DNA from: Desulfocapsa sp.
GTDB lineage: Bacteria; Desulfobacterota; Desulfobulbia; Desulfobulbales; CG2-30-60-27
Direction: 5' to 3'
NCBI GenBank assembly: GCA_020717925.1
Contig: DYDL01000003.1
Coordinates: 1-41,870, forward strand
DNA: 41,870 bases
Below, piece by piece: positions 26,791 through 35,231 of this stretch. The notes below the pieces were generated by a model that was not told the DNA's origin, searched no databases, and worked only from the letters and a program-made list of their open reading frames with translations. Position 1 is the first letter of the stretch. Every line of letters starts with the position of its first letter. The position numbers were made by a program, and so were the translations under genes.

Positions 26791-26800
26791 GTGGTGTCCC

Positions 26801-27316
26801 ACGGCCGATGGGATCCAGACCGCTCATGGGTTCGTCAAGAATTAGCAACTCCGGATCATGAAGCAGGGCTATGGCGAAGTTGGCGCGTTGCTGCATCCCT
26901 TTGGAGTAATCGCGCAGGGGGCGTTTCCTGGCCTCCCAGAGCCGCAGGCGGGTAAGCCAAACTTCCCCCTTTTCCCGGATATCCGGCACAGACATCTGGC
27001 AGGTGCTGCCAGTGAATCGCAGCATATCGAGCACGGTAAGGTTCGAGGGGAAATTGGCGGTTTCCGGCAGATAGCCGATTTGACGGCGTATGGCTGACCG
27101 GGCTGGGGTTTGCCCAAAGATGACGATAGAGCCTGCATCGGGGCGGATAAAATCCATGAGCAGCTTGATGGCTGTGCTCTTGCCCGCGCCATTGGCGCCG
27201 ATGAGGCCAAGGGTCTGCCCTTTGTCCAGGGAGAAGGAGACGTCGTGCAGAGCGGCAGGGGCGGCGAGAAAGAGTTCCTTGGTGTATCTCTTGCAGACGT
27301 TGTCAAACTGAATCAT
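26801..27316 (-). pseudogene. Truncated paralogue of the ABC ATP-binding protein (codons 1-172 only)
   Basis: 126/172 aa identical to 24123-24869, breaks after DPIGR at the element end, lacks H-loop; ORF reads on to 26741. Confidence 0.88.
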
Positions 27317-27342
27317 GGCATAACTTTAATGGATTATCGTAC

Positions 27343-27387
27343 AAAAGAAAAGAGAAGAGGCGCCCTCTTACAGAAAGGCACCTCTTC
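27343..27387 (-). terminator. Rho-independent terminator after pilA
   Basis: GAAGAGGTGCCT...AGGGCGCCTCTTC hairpin followed by TCTTTTCTTTT. Confidence 0.75.
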
Positions 27388-27414
27388 GATCATCTTGCAG
27401 GATACAATGTAGAA

Positions 27415-28014
27415 TTATTTTACGACCCAAGCGGCAACAGCGCCGATATCGTCGGCGGCCGGGGAGTTAGCTGCCACAGAACCATTGAAGGCAACGATAG
27501 TCAGGGCGGTGGCCGTTGCAACGAGAGTCGGGTGCTGGTATATATTGGTAGTTTCTGCTTCGGTGGCGAATGTAGTGTTGCCATTCAGATGCTTTGCTGC
27601 GGCTTGATACGTCGTGGCGGGGGTAGCCGCAGCCGGTGCCAATGGAGCGCGGACAAAGAGAGTAACACCATTGCTAACGGAAACCACGGTCCCCCTATTA
27701 TTAGCATCTGCATCCACTGTGCCGAGACCATCACCGGCACTATTTCCGCCTGAGACTTCGACACCCACGGTGGGTGCAGCGGGAACGAAAGCTCCAGCGT
27801 TGGACTGAGATGTGCCGAAACGCTGCCAGTCGGCAACCAGCGCCGCTTGCGCGGTAACAGCATTCTTCAAATCGCTTAAAGACGCACTGTTGAAGCCACG
27901 AATCCGATACGCCGCAAACTGCGGAATGGCGATAGCCGCCAAAATACCGATGATCGCCACAACGATCATCAACTCAACCAGGGTAAAACCTTTTTCTTGC
28001 CGGTAAATCTTCAT
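27415..28014 (-). CDS. pilA: Type IVa major pilin (long, 199 aa precursor)
   Basis: KG/FTLVELMIVVAIIGILAAIAIPQF; GGAGG RBS; own terminator and sigma54 promoter. Confidence 0.92.
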   Translation of the reverse strand: MKIYRQEKGFTLVELMIVVAIIGILAAIAIPQFAAYRIRGFNSASLSDLKNAVTAQAALVADWQRFGTSQSNAGAFVPAAPTVGVEVSGGNSAGDGLGTVDADANNRGTVVSVSNGVTLFVRAPLAPAAATPATTYQAAAKHLNGNTTFATEAETTNIYQHPTLVATATALTIVAFNGSVAANSPAADDIGAVAAWVVK

Positions 28015-28120
28015 AATGTCTTCCTCCCTACCCTTAAATCTTGCTTGGGCAACATGCCCGCGAACCCCGTCCCCCAATTTGGTTCCATGGTATTTACAAA
28101 ATCGGTTTGGCATGTGCTTC

Positions 28121-28137
28121 TACAAATTCCGTGCCAA
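28121..28137 (-). promoter_or_regulatory. sigma54 -24/-12 promoter of pilA
   Basis: TTGGCACGGAATTTGTA vs consensus TGGCAC-N5-TTGCW. Confidence 0.7.
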
Positions 28138-28246
28138 ACAGCATTCGATTTCGGAAAAATTTTCCCATTCCCTTGACTGGCAAGGAATTACTGGAACCCT
28201 TTTTCCCTGCCGATGTTGACCTCGCCCGTGCTTGGTCAAGCATTTC

Positions 28247-28283
28247 TGACAAATTTTGTCACTTATCTGACAAAATTTGTCAG
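28247..28283. promoter_or_regulatory. Tandem perfect palindromes, probable PilR-type enhancer sites
   Basis: TGACAAA-T-TTTGTCA (28247-28261) and TGACAAA-A-TTTGTCA (28268-28282), 21 bp apart. Confidence 0.7.
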
Positions 28284-28519
28284 TCGGGCATGCGCGATAA
28301 AAAATATGCTGGTGGCAAAAAATATGCTTGTAAAAATATTTTTAATCGGTTAGGTAAAATCGAAAGTTGTATAACTTTCAAAGGGAGTTTAGTTTGTCAT
28401 TAGTGCTGTAAACATAAGAAAATGAGGTATAAAGCATAACTTATTAGATAACTATAATTGAAATCGTAAAAATTTTAGAGTGTTAGAAATTGATAGCGAT
28501 TATTTGGAGAAAATGACTC

Positions 28520-29032
28520 ATGAAAATCAACAACAATGGTTTTACCTTGTCCGAGCTAATGATGGCGCTTGCCATCCTTGGCATCTTGACGGCGACAGCC
28601 GCGCCTTCCATTGCCAAAAGCATTCCTCATTATCGTCTGCGCGGGGCTGCGCGGGATCTGATGTGCCAATTCCACCAGGCAAAGGCGGTGGCGGCCCGCA
28701 CCGGAGAAAACGTGGCCATTGTCTTCTCGCCTGATCCAGTAAACCGGTACGAGATTTTTCTGGATAATGGCGATGGCCCTGGCGGCGAGGCAGGGGATCG
28801 CATCCGCAACGGCAGCGAGCTGGTTGTGGCCACGGTCGGGATGCCCCAAGGGATTGTCATCCATGAGACAAAGTTTGGCGGCGTCGATGGCTTGAGCACC
28901 GGGTACGGCCCGCGTGGCCTGCCGTTGACCTTGGGCCATGCCGGACTGCGGATTGAGGGGGGCGATGCCATGGCCCTGCGGCTGGTATTGTCCATTGCCG
29001 GCCGGCTGCGGCTGGAGGCGGGGGAAGGGTAA
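28520..29032 (+). CDS. fimT: FimT/FimU/GspH-like minor pilin, operon 1
   Basis: NG/FTLSELM prepilin motif; LRGAARDL; first gene of minor-pilin operon. Confidence 0.85.
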   Translation: MKINNNGFTLSELMMALAILGILTATAAPSIAKSIPHYRLRGAARDLMCQFHQAKAVAARTGENVAIVFSPDPVNRYEIFLDNGDGPGGEAGDRIRNGSELVVATVGMPQGIVIHETKFGGVDGLSTGYGPRGLPLTLGHAGLRIEGGDAMALRLVLSIAGRLRLEAGEG

Positions 29033-29033
29033 G

Positions 29034-29113
29034 CAGGTTGTTTAGACTGTAGTCTGTTGGGGGGTTAGGCTGTTTCTCGCCTAAAAGACTAAACACCTTC
29101 AGACTATCTACCT
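29034..29113. repeat. Palindromic intergenic element, copy 3
   Basis: GCAGGTTGTTTAGACTGTAGTCTGTT (29033-29058) identical to 30448-30473; right arm ...CAGACTATCTACCT. Confidence 0.8.
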
Positions 29114-29122
29114 AAAATTAAA

Positions 29123-30052
29123 ATGAACCAACCGCCTCAGCATAAAACCACCGGCTTCACCCTGGTGGAGTTGATGATCGCCTTGGTGGTGGCCAGTCTG
29201 GTCCTGGGTGCGGTCTACTCTTCCTTGCAGTCCCAACACGCCAGCTACCTGGCCCAGGATCAGGTGGTGGAGATGCAGCAGAATCTGCGCGCCGCCATGA
29301 ACGTCATGGCCCGCGAGATCCGCATGGCCGGCTACGATCCTACCCTGCGGGCGTGGCGGGAGCCGACCCCGGCCTCGGTGCTTGCGGCCACCGCCAGCCA
29401 GCTCCAGATCTCCATGGACAGCAATGAAAACGGCGTGGTGGTGGACCCCGACCCCAAGCCGCCCAACACCGAGACTAATGAAGTAGTGGCCTTTGGTTTT
29501 GGCTCCGACATTGATGTGAAGCCGGCCGATGGCATTGCCGACGGTGGGGTCGCCAACCTGGGCCGCAAAACTGGCATTGGCGGCGGCTTTCAGCCCATTG
29601 CCGAAAATATCCATGCCGTGGGCCTGGCCTATGCCTTTGACGCCGACGGCAACGGCTTCCTGGACTTTAACGACCTGAACGGCAACACCATACAGGACCA
29701 GGGCGAGACCACGATCTGGGCGGTTGACACCGATAGTGACGGCGATTGGGAGGATCTGGACAGCAACGGCGACGGCTTCATTAACAGCGACGACCTGCCC
29801 GCGGTCGACCAGGACAGCAAGCTGGCAGTCAAGGCCATTGCGGGAAATCATACCGGCATTGCCATGCACCCGGAAGATGTACGCGCCGTCCGCATCTGGC
29901 TGCTGGCCCGAGCCCGCCAGCCGGACTCGCGCTATAACAACACCAGAACCTACGTGGTGGGTCGGCAGGTGGTGACGGTCAATGACAACTTCCGGCGGCA
30001 ATTGCTGGAGACGGTGGTGGACTGCCGGAACATGGGGCTGGTGCGGCAATGA
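29123..30052 (+). CDS. pilW: PilW-like minor pilin, operon 1
   Basis: TG/FTLVELM, REIRMAGYDP, VRAVRIWLLAR, CRNMG. Confidence 0.88.
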   Translation: MNQPPQHKTTGFTLVELMIALVVASLVLGAVYSSLQSQHASYLAQDQVVEMQQNLRAAMNVMAREIRMAGYDPTLRAWREPTPASVLAATASQLQISMDSNENGVVVDPDPKPPNTETNEVVAFGFGSDIDVKPADGIADGGVANLGRKTGIGGGFQPIAENIHAVGLAYAFDADGNGFLDFNDLNGNTIQDQGETTIWAVDTDSDGDWEDLDSNGDGFINSDDLPAVDQDSKLAVKAIAGNHTGIAMHPEDVRAVRIWLLARARQPDSRYNNTRTYVVGRQVVTVNDNFRRQLLETVVDCRNMGLVRQ

Positions 30053-30441
30053 GAGCGAGCAACGCGGCGGGTTTTACCCTGATGGAGGTGCTGATGGCAA
30101 TCACCCTGTTTGCCATCGGCATCATGGCCGCCGCCGGTATGCAGGTGGCCGCCATCCGGACTAATGCCACGGCCCGGATGATCAGCGAGGCCACCGTGCT
30201 TGCGTCTCGCCAGACAGAGATGCTGCTGGATCGCCCCTATCCGCATGCTGACCTGCGCCAGGTGCCGCCAGGCCAGCCCCTACCCGAGGTGGAGCAGGGC
30301 AACAGCAAGGCGTCCTGGAAGGTGCGGGATAATTTCCCGGAAATTGATACCAAGACCGTGACCCTCACGGTGACCGGCATGGAGCGGGGCCTTGAGAAAA
30401 CCGTGGTGCTTGACCGGGTCATCGCGCTGGGGGCGCGGTAG
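30049..30441 (+). CDS. pilV: PilV-like minor pilin, operon 1
   Basis: AG/FTLMEVLMAITLFAIGI..MQ. Confidence 0.85.
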   Translation: MRASNAAGFTLMEVLMAITLFAIGIMAAAGMQVAAIRTNATARMISEATVLASRQTEMLLDRPYPHADLRQVPPGQPLPEVEQGNSKASWKVRDNFPEIDTKTVTLTVTGMERGLEKTVVLDRVIALGAR

Positions 30442-30448
30442 AACCGCG

Positions 30449-30516
30449 CAGGTTGTTTAGACTGTAGTCTGTTAGGGGTTTAGCTAATAGACTAAAAACC
30501 TACAGACTATTCACCT
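30449..30516. repeat. Palindromic intergenic element, copy 4
   Basis: 26 nt identical to copy 3; right arm CCTACAGACTATTCACCT. Confidence 0.8.
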
Positions 30517-30550
30517 ACGCTGCGCAGCTAGGCTGCGCCGGAGATCTGCC

Positions 30551-31174
30551 ATGGATATTCTACACTATCGACCTGAACCGCTACAGCCTAAACCCCTACA
30601 GCCTATCCACCTGCCCTGTTCCCGGCCGCGCCGGGAGCAGGGCTTTGTCCTGCTCACCGTCCTCCTGGTGATGCTGCTGGTTGTCGTGGTCGGGGTTATG
30701 GCCACCAGTACCAGTACGGTGGAGTTGCAGGTGGCCGCCATGGATAAGTTTCATGAGCAGGCCTTGGTCGCCGGCGACTCGGGCGTTTACGTGGCGCCCA
30801 AGGTGATCGGTCGGGCCCTGGCGGAACTGGGGGTGCCGGATAACCCGAATTTCACCACCATTGCCCCCTGGTTCTATGATGAAATCATGGGGGTGGCTGA
30901 CCCGCCCGAGCCTGATACGACTCCGGAGAGTGCCCTCGCCTTCAGCCTGGGCGGCGACACCAAAATTGATATTAACATCCAGCGGCTGGGTCAGGAAAAC
31001 ATGACCGGCGGCGGATCGGAATTCGGCGCCGGCGTCGCGGGCATGGGGGCAGGCGGCCCCACCGGGGTACAGATTCTTTATTCCATTGATGCCCTGGGCA
31101 CCGGCTTGCGGAAGACCTCGTCCAATATCGTGGCCGTCTACCGGCTGATTCCAGGCACCGCCGGGGGGCTGTAA
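30551..31174 (+). CDS. pilX: PilX-like minor pilin, operon 1
   Basis: EQG/FVL (no Glu5), STVELQVA, A..AGDSG; precedes pilY1. Confidence 0.82.
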   Translation: MDILHYRPEPLQPKPLQPIHLPCSRPRREQGFVLLTVLLVMLLVVVVGVMATSTSTVELQVAAMDKFHEQALVAGDSGVYVAPKVIGRALAELGVPDNPNFTTIAPWFYDEIMGVADPPEPDTTPESALAFSLGGDTKIDINIQRLGQENMTGGGSEFGAGVAGMGAGGPTGVQILYSIDALGTGLRKTSSNIVAVYRLIPGTAGGL

Positions 31175-31177
31175 ATC

Positions 31178-34100
31178 ATGGCAAGGCTGACAGGTGCTAT
31201 TTTGCTCGCAGTGCTACTGACGGCCGGGCGTTTACTGGCCGCGGAGCCCAGCATGGCCACCTATACCGCCGTGCCGCCCTTCTTGGCCCATGGCGCCAAA
31301 CCGAATATCCTCATTATCCTGGATAACTCCCTGTCCATGAACTTCAACGCTTATGGCTCCCCGCCCGCCGCCAACGGCCTGGTGCCGAATCAGCCCTATG
31401 TCGGCCCGCCCGCCTGCGATAGGGAGTGCCAAAGCTATTATGGCTACTTCAATCCAGAGTGGTTCTACCATTTCAGCTCCACCAAATTTGTGCATAAATA
31501 CCGCAAGCTGCAGTACCAGGGCGGCGGCTGCACCAACGCCTGGCAGGTGGCGGATACCAGCGGCGCCCTAGCCTGCCTGGCCGATGCCCAGGTGGCGGCC
31601 GAGCAGTTGTGGGATGGTAACTGGCTGAACTGGGCGACCATGCGGCGCATTGATGTGGCCCGTAAGGTGCTCATGGGCGGCCGGGCCTCGGCCGCCACTG
31701 GCGTTGGCAGGCAGACCTTGTATGGCGAAGCGCCGACCCAGGCCGGGCAAACCTTTGTCAAACTCCATGACAGCACCAAGAGCAGCGGCGCGGCGGTGTC
31801 GCCGTACGCGGGCAGCTATTATTACGGCGTGGCTGACGGCGCGCTCTATGTGAGCCAGGAGAGCAATCCCTTTGCCCAGGCGGATCGTTATCCGATCGCG
31901 GTGGACAAACAGGAAGCCTATGAGCCCAACGATTTTCACGGGCACAATGTGGCCGGCGTGCTCCAACGGGTCGGCGACCTGGCGCGCTGGGGCAGCGAGT
32001 TTTTTAACCAGGGCACTGGCGTCAACGGTTCCGGCGGCTTCATCGCCCATCCCGTGGGTAGCGATATTCAGACCATTGTCGCCGATTTCGCCCATGCCAG
32101 CGCCGATACCCGCAGCCCGCTGGCCGAGGCCTTTTATGTGGCCATGCAGTATTTCCGGCAGCAGGAGGTGCAGGCCGGGCTGGATTATCCTGGTAATTCG
32201 ATTCCACACGGCAGCCCGGAGCAGGATCCATATTACAATGGCGAGGAATTCGTGCCCTGCTCTAGCAGTTTCGTCATCCTGTTCAGCGATGGCGCTTCGA
32301 CCAAGGACAGCAAGATCCCGGCGGAGTACAAGGATTACGATCATGACGGCGACCATACTGCCTGCGATGAAGAGCTTGGCAGCAACTGCGACTATGCCGA
32401 CGGCGGCACGGATTTTCTTGACGATCTGGCCCTCTATGCCCGCACTGTTGACTTGCGCCCCGACCTGGCGGGCGGGCAGCACCTGATCCTTTACCCGATC
32501 CATGCCTTTGGCAATGATGCCTCGGCCCGCATGCTCATGCAGGACGCGGCCAAAAACGGCGGCTTTGTGGACAGCAACAACAACCAGATCCCAGACCTGA
32601 ACCAGGAGTGGGATGCCAACAACGACACCCTGCCTGACACCTATTTCGAGGCCACGGACGGGGCGCGGCTGGAGGGCGCCCTGCAGAGCGCCATCGTGGA
32701 TATCTTCGCCAAGAGTGCCTCCGGCACCTCTGTTGCCATGCTGACCACCTCCGCATCTGGAGAGGGCACCGTGGTGCAGGCCTCTTTTGCGCCGCGGCTT
32801 ACCGAGGTAGCGCTGGATGGCGGCCGCCTGGAGTCCGCTACCTGGGCCGGGGCATTGCAGTCGCTCTGGGTGGATCCATGGGGCATGCTGCGCGAGGACA
32901 CCGATCAGGACCAGCAATTGGAGGTCGCGGCCGATCGGGTGGTGCGCTTTCGGGTGGACGAGCAGGGCAACACGGTGGTCGATCGCTTCGCGGTGTCGGC
33001 CGCATTTCCTTACCCTGACCTGCAAAACGACAGCCCCTTGCCCGCCGTGGCCATGACCGACCTGTGGCCGGTGTGGGATGCCGGCGCGGTGCTGGCCGCG
33101 ACCCGGCCCGACGACCGGACGATCCATACCAGTCTGGATGGCGCCGGCTTCACCGCCTTTGAGCATGCCAATGCCAACCTCATCCGTCCGTACCTCGGGG
33201 TGAAGGATGGCGTTGCCTGGGGCTATCTGGGCAACAGCCATACGGACCGGGGTGCCAATCTCATCCGCTATATCCGCGGCCAGGACACGGGATTGGCGGG
33301 CATTACCCAGGTGCGCAACCGCACCGTTAATGGCCGCACCCTGAAGCTCGGGGATACCATTCATGCCACCCCGGTGAGCGTGGCCGGGCCGCCCGACCGC
33401 TTCGGCCTGATCTACGGCGATCTCTCCTATGAGGCCTATGCCCAAAAATATACCCCGCGGCGGGAGCCTGGCACTGCCAACGTCCTGGGCCGGGAGACCA
33501 TGGTCTACGTCGGGGCCAACGATGGCATGCTGCACGCCTTTACCTCCTGGTTATACGACGCCGAGGCGCGGGCATTTATCAAGCCGGCCAGTGCCGGGGC
33601 TGGGGAGACCATTGGCGCCGAGTTGTGGGCCTATATTCCCCAGGCCCTGCTACCCCACCTGAAGTGGCTGGCTCGGCCGGATTATGGTCATGTTTATTAT
33701 GTTGACCTGCCGCCCAAGGTCGGTGATGCCAGGATCTTTCCGGATGATGCCGTGCATCCCAATGGCTGGGGCACCGTGCTGGTCGGCGGCCTGGGCCTGG
33801 GCGGCAAGGAGATCGAGGTCGTTGACGACTTCAATTATGACGGCATCGACGTCACCCGGCGCTTCACTTCAAGCTACTTCGCCATCGACATCACCAATCC
33901 GCGCGCCCCACGTCTGCTCTGGGAAAGGAGCTATGATGACCTGGGACTCACCACCTGCGCCCCGGCCATCGTCAAGGTTGGCCCTCTGGACATGAAGACC
34001 CGGACCTGGGATGACAAGTGGTTTCTCGTCCTGGGCTCCGGCCCCAGCGGGAACCAGGGGAGCTTTGATGGCTTCAACGGTAAGAGCGCAATCAACGGCC

Positions 34101-35182
34101 ATATCTATATCATTGATCTGGCCACCGGCGAGCCATACCGTAATGGAGCGCACGACTGGCTCTTTGCCACCGATGACCCCAAGGGTTTCCTGGGTGGGGC
34201 TGCCCCCTTTGACATGGGGTTGAATTATAACGTGGACGCCATCTATCTGACCGAGGCCCATGAGAATGCGGCTGGCGGCAGTGAGGGGGCGGTCTACAAG
34301 ATTACGGTTCCCTGGCTGTGCACGGCCGGCAATTGCGGCGGTGTGCCATACGGCGGCAACGCGGGCGGGTCATATGTCCGTGACCCCCTTGACCCCGCTC
34401 ACCCCTGGCGCCTGAGCAAACTTTTTGCCTCGCCACGCCCCATTACCGCCCCGCCCGCCCTGAGCCTGGACTTTGACAAGCGGGTCTGGGTCTACTTTGG
34501 CACGGGCCGTTACTTCAGCCAGGAAGACCGCGCCAGCACGGAGCAGGAATATCTGTATGGCGTCATGGACCCCTTCTTTAATCAGGAACACCGGCCAGAC
34601 TATTTTCACAATATTGATACGAGCTGCACTGTGACTGGCGATACGCTCCTGGATGGCACCGGGCTCATGGTCACCGCTGACGGCGGGGTGTATCGGGCCG
34701 ATGACCTCGGTTATTACGGTGAGTTCGAACATCTTCTGCAAGAGCAGGGGCAAAGGGACGGCTGGCGACACCGGCTGACCACCACCGGCGAACGGTCGTT
34801 GAGCAAGCCGGTGATCGCTGGCGGCTTAACCCTGTTCACCACCTTTGTCCCCAGCCAGGCGCTCTGCGATTACGGCGGCCGTAGCGCGTTGCATGCCCTG
34901 TACTTTGAAACTGGCACCGCCAACCAGCGGCCGGTTTGGGACAACGGCGTAGAGGAGATCAATCTACCCGGCATCAATACGCCCGTAACCCGGGTCAAGG
35001 CGACCCTGGACCTGGGTCAGGGGTTGGCCGCCAGTTCGGCTCTCCATATCGGCCAGGAACCGGATGGCGCCATCACCGCCATTATCCAGAAAAGCACCGG
35101 CGAACTCGCCGACCTCCTCTTCACCCCGGCCTTCAAGGTGCGCAGCGGTTTGCGTTCCTGGAAGGATATGACGGTGGAATAG
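31178..35182 (+). CDS. pilY1: PilY1/PilC tip adhesin 1 (1334 aa)
   Basis: Signal peptide, PNILIILDNSLSM (DxSxS), LGDTIHATP, YVGANDGMLHAF, VYFGTGR, C-terminal LRSWK. Confidence 0.92.
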   Translation: MARLTGAILLAVLLTAGRLLAAEPSMATYTAVPPFLAHGAKPNILIILDNSLSMNFNAYGSPPAANGLVPNQPYVGPPACDRECQSYYGYFNPEWFYHFSSTKFVHKYRKLQYQGGGCTNAWQVADTSGALACLADAQVAAEQLWDGNWLNWATMRRIDVARKVLMGGRASAATGVGRQTLYGEAPTQAGQTFVKLHDSTKSSGAAVSPYAGSYYYGVADGALYVSQESNPFAQADRYPIAVDKQEAYEPNDFHGHNVAGVLQRVGDLARWGSEFFNQGTGVNGSGGFIAHPVGSDIQTIVADFAHASADTRSPLAEAFYVAMQYFRQQEVQAGLDYPGNSIPHGSPEQDPYYNGEEFVPCSSSFVILFSDGASTKDSKIPAEYKDYDHDGDHTACDEELGSNCDYADGGTDFLDDLALYARTVDLRPDLAGGQHLILYPIHAFGNDASARMLMQDAAKNGGFVDSNNNQIPDLNQEWDANNDTLPDTYFEATDGARLEGALQSAIVDIFAKSASGTSVAMLTTSASGEGTVVQASFAPRLTEVALDGGRLESATWAGALQSLWVDPWGMLREDTDQDQQLEVAADRVVRFRVDEQGNTVVDRFAVSAAFPYPDLQNDSPLPAVAMTDLWPVWDAGAVLAATRPDDRTIHTSLDGAGFTAFEHANANLIRPYLGVKDGVAWGYLGNSHTDRGANLIRYIRGQDTGLAGITQVRNRTVNGRTLKLGDTIHATPVSVAGPPDRFGLIYGDLSYEAYAQKYTPRREPGTANVLGRETMVYVGANDGMLHAFTSWLYDAEARAFIKPASAGAGETIGAELWAYIPQALLPHLKWLARPDYGHVYYVDLPPKVGDARIFPDDAVHPNGWGTVLVGGLGLGGKEIEVVDDFNYDGIDVTRRFTSSYFAIDITNPRAPRLLWERSYDDLGLTTCAPAIVKVGPLDMKTRTWDDKWFLVLGSGPSGNQGSFDGFNGKSAINGHIYIIDLATGEPYRNGAHDWLFATDDPKGFLGGAAPFDMGLNYNVDAIYLTEAHENAAGGSEGAVYKITVPWLCTAGNCGGVPYGGNAGGSYVRDPLDPAHPWRLSKLFASPRPITAPPALSLDFDKRVWVYFGTGRYFSQEDRASTEQEYLYGVMDPFFNQEHRPDYFHNIDTSCTVTGDTLLDGTGLMVTADGGVYRADDLGYYGEFEHLLQEQGQRDGWRHRLTTTGERSLSKPVIAGGLTLFTTFVPSQALCDYGGRSALHALYFETGTANQRPVWDNGVEEINLPGINTPVTRVKATLDLGQGLAASSALHIGQEPDGAITAIIQKSTGELADLLFTPAFKVRSGLRSWKDMTVE
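35134..35182 (+). repeat. pilY1 3' end, duplicated at 35764-35813
   Basis: CAAGGTGCGCAG and CCTGGAAGGATATGACGGTG blocks identical in both copies. Confidence 0.88.
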
Positions 35183-35231
35183 AAGAAGCTGCAACCGAAC
35201 CGATTGCAATAATATAGTCCGACGTTAGACC

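Larger units (their letters stand above)
24870..26800 (-). mobile_element. RAYT/Y1 HUH-transposase element with terminal inverted repeats carrying MNT-HEPN
   Basis: GGGGACGTTGTTTAC (24870-24884, +) vs GGGGACGTTGCTTAC (26776-26790, -), 14/15; internal third copy at 25737. Confidence 0.75.

Noticed and set aside
27415-28014. Short electrically conductive e-pilin
   Set aside because: Mature protein is ~190 aa with low aromatic content.
28066-28075. CCCGTCCCCC upstream of pilA as a fourth RAYT site
   Set aside because: Only the CGTCCCC part matches; the GTAARCAA half is absent.
20755-30613. Repeat family as CRISPR or canonical integron attC array
   Set aside because: No regular repeat-spacer periodicity or cas genes; no RYYYAAC...GTTRRRY cores and no IntI tyrosine recombinase in the window.
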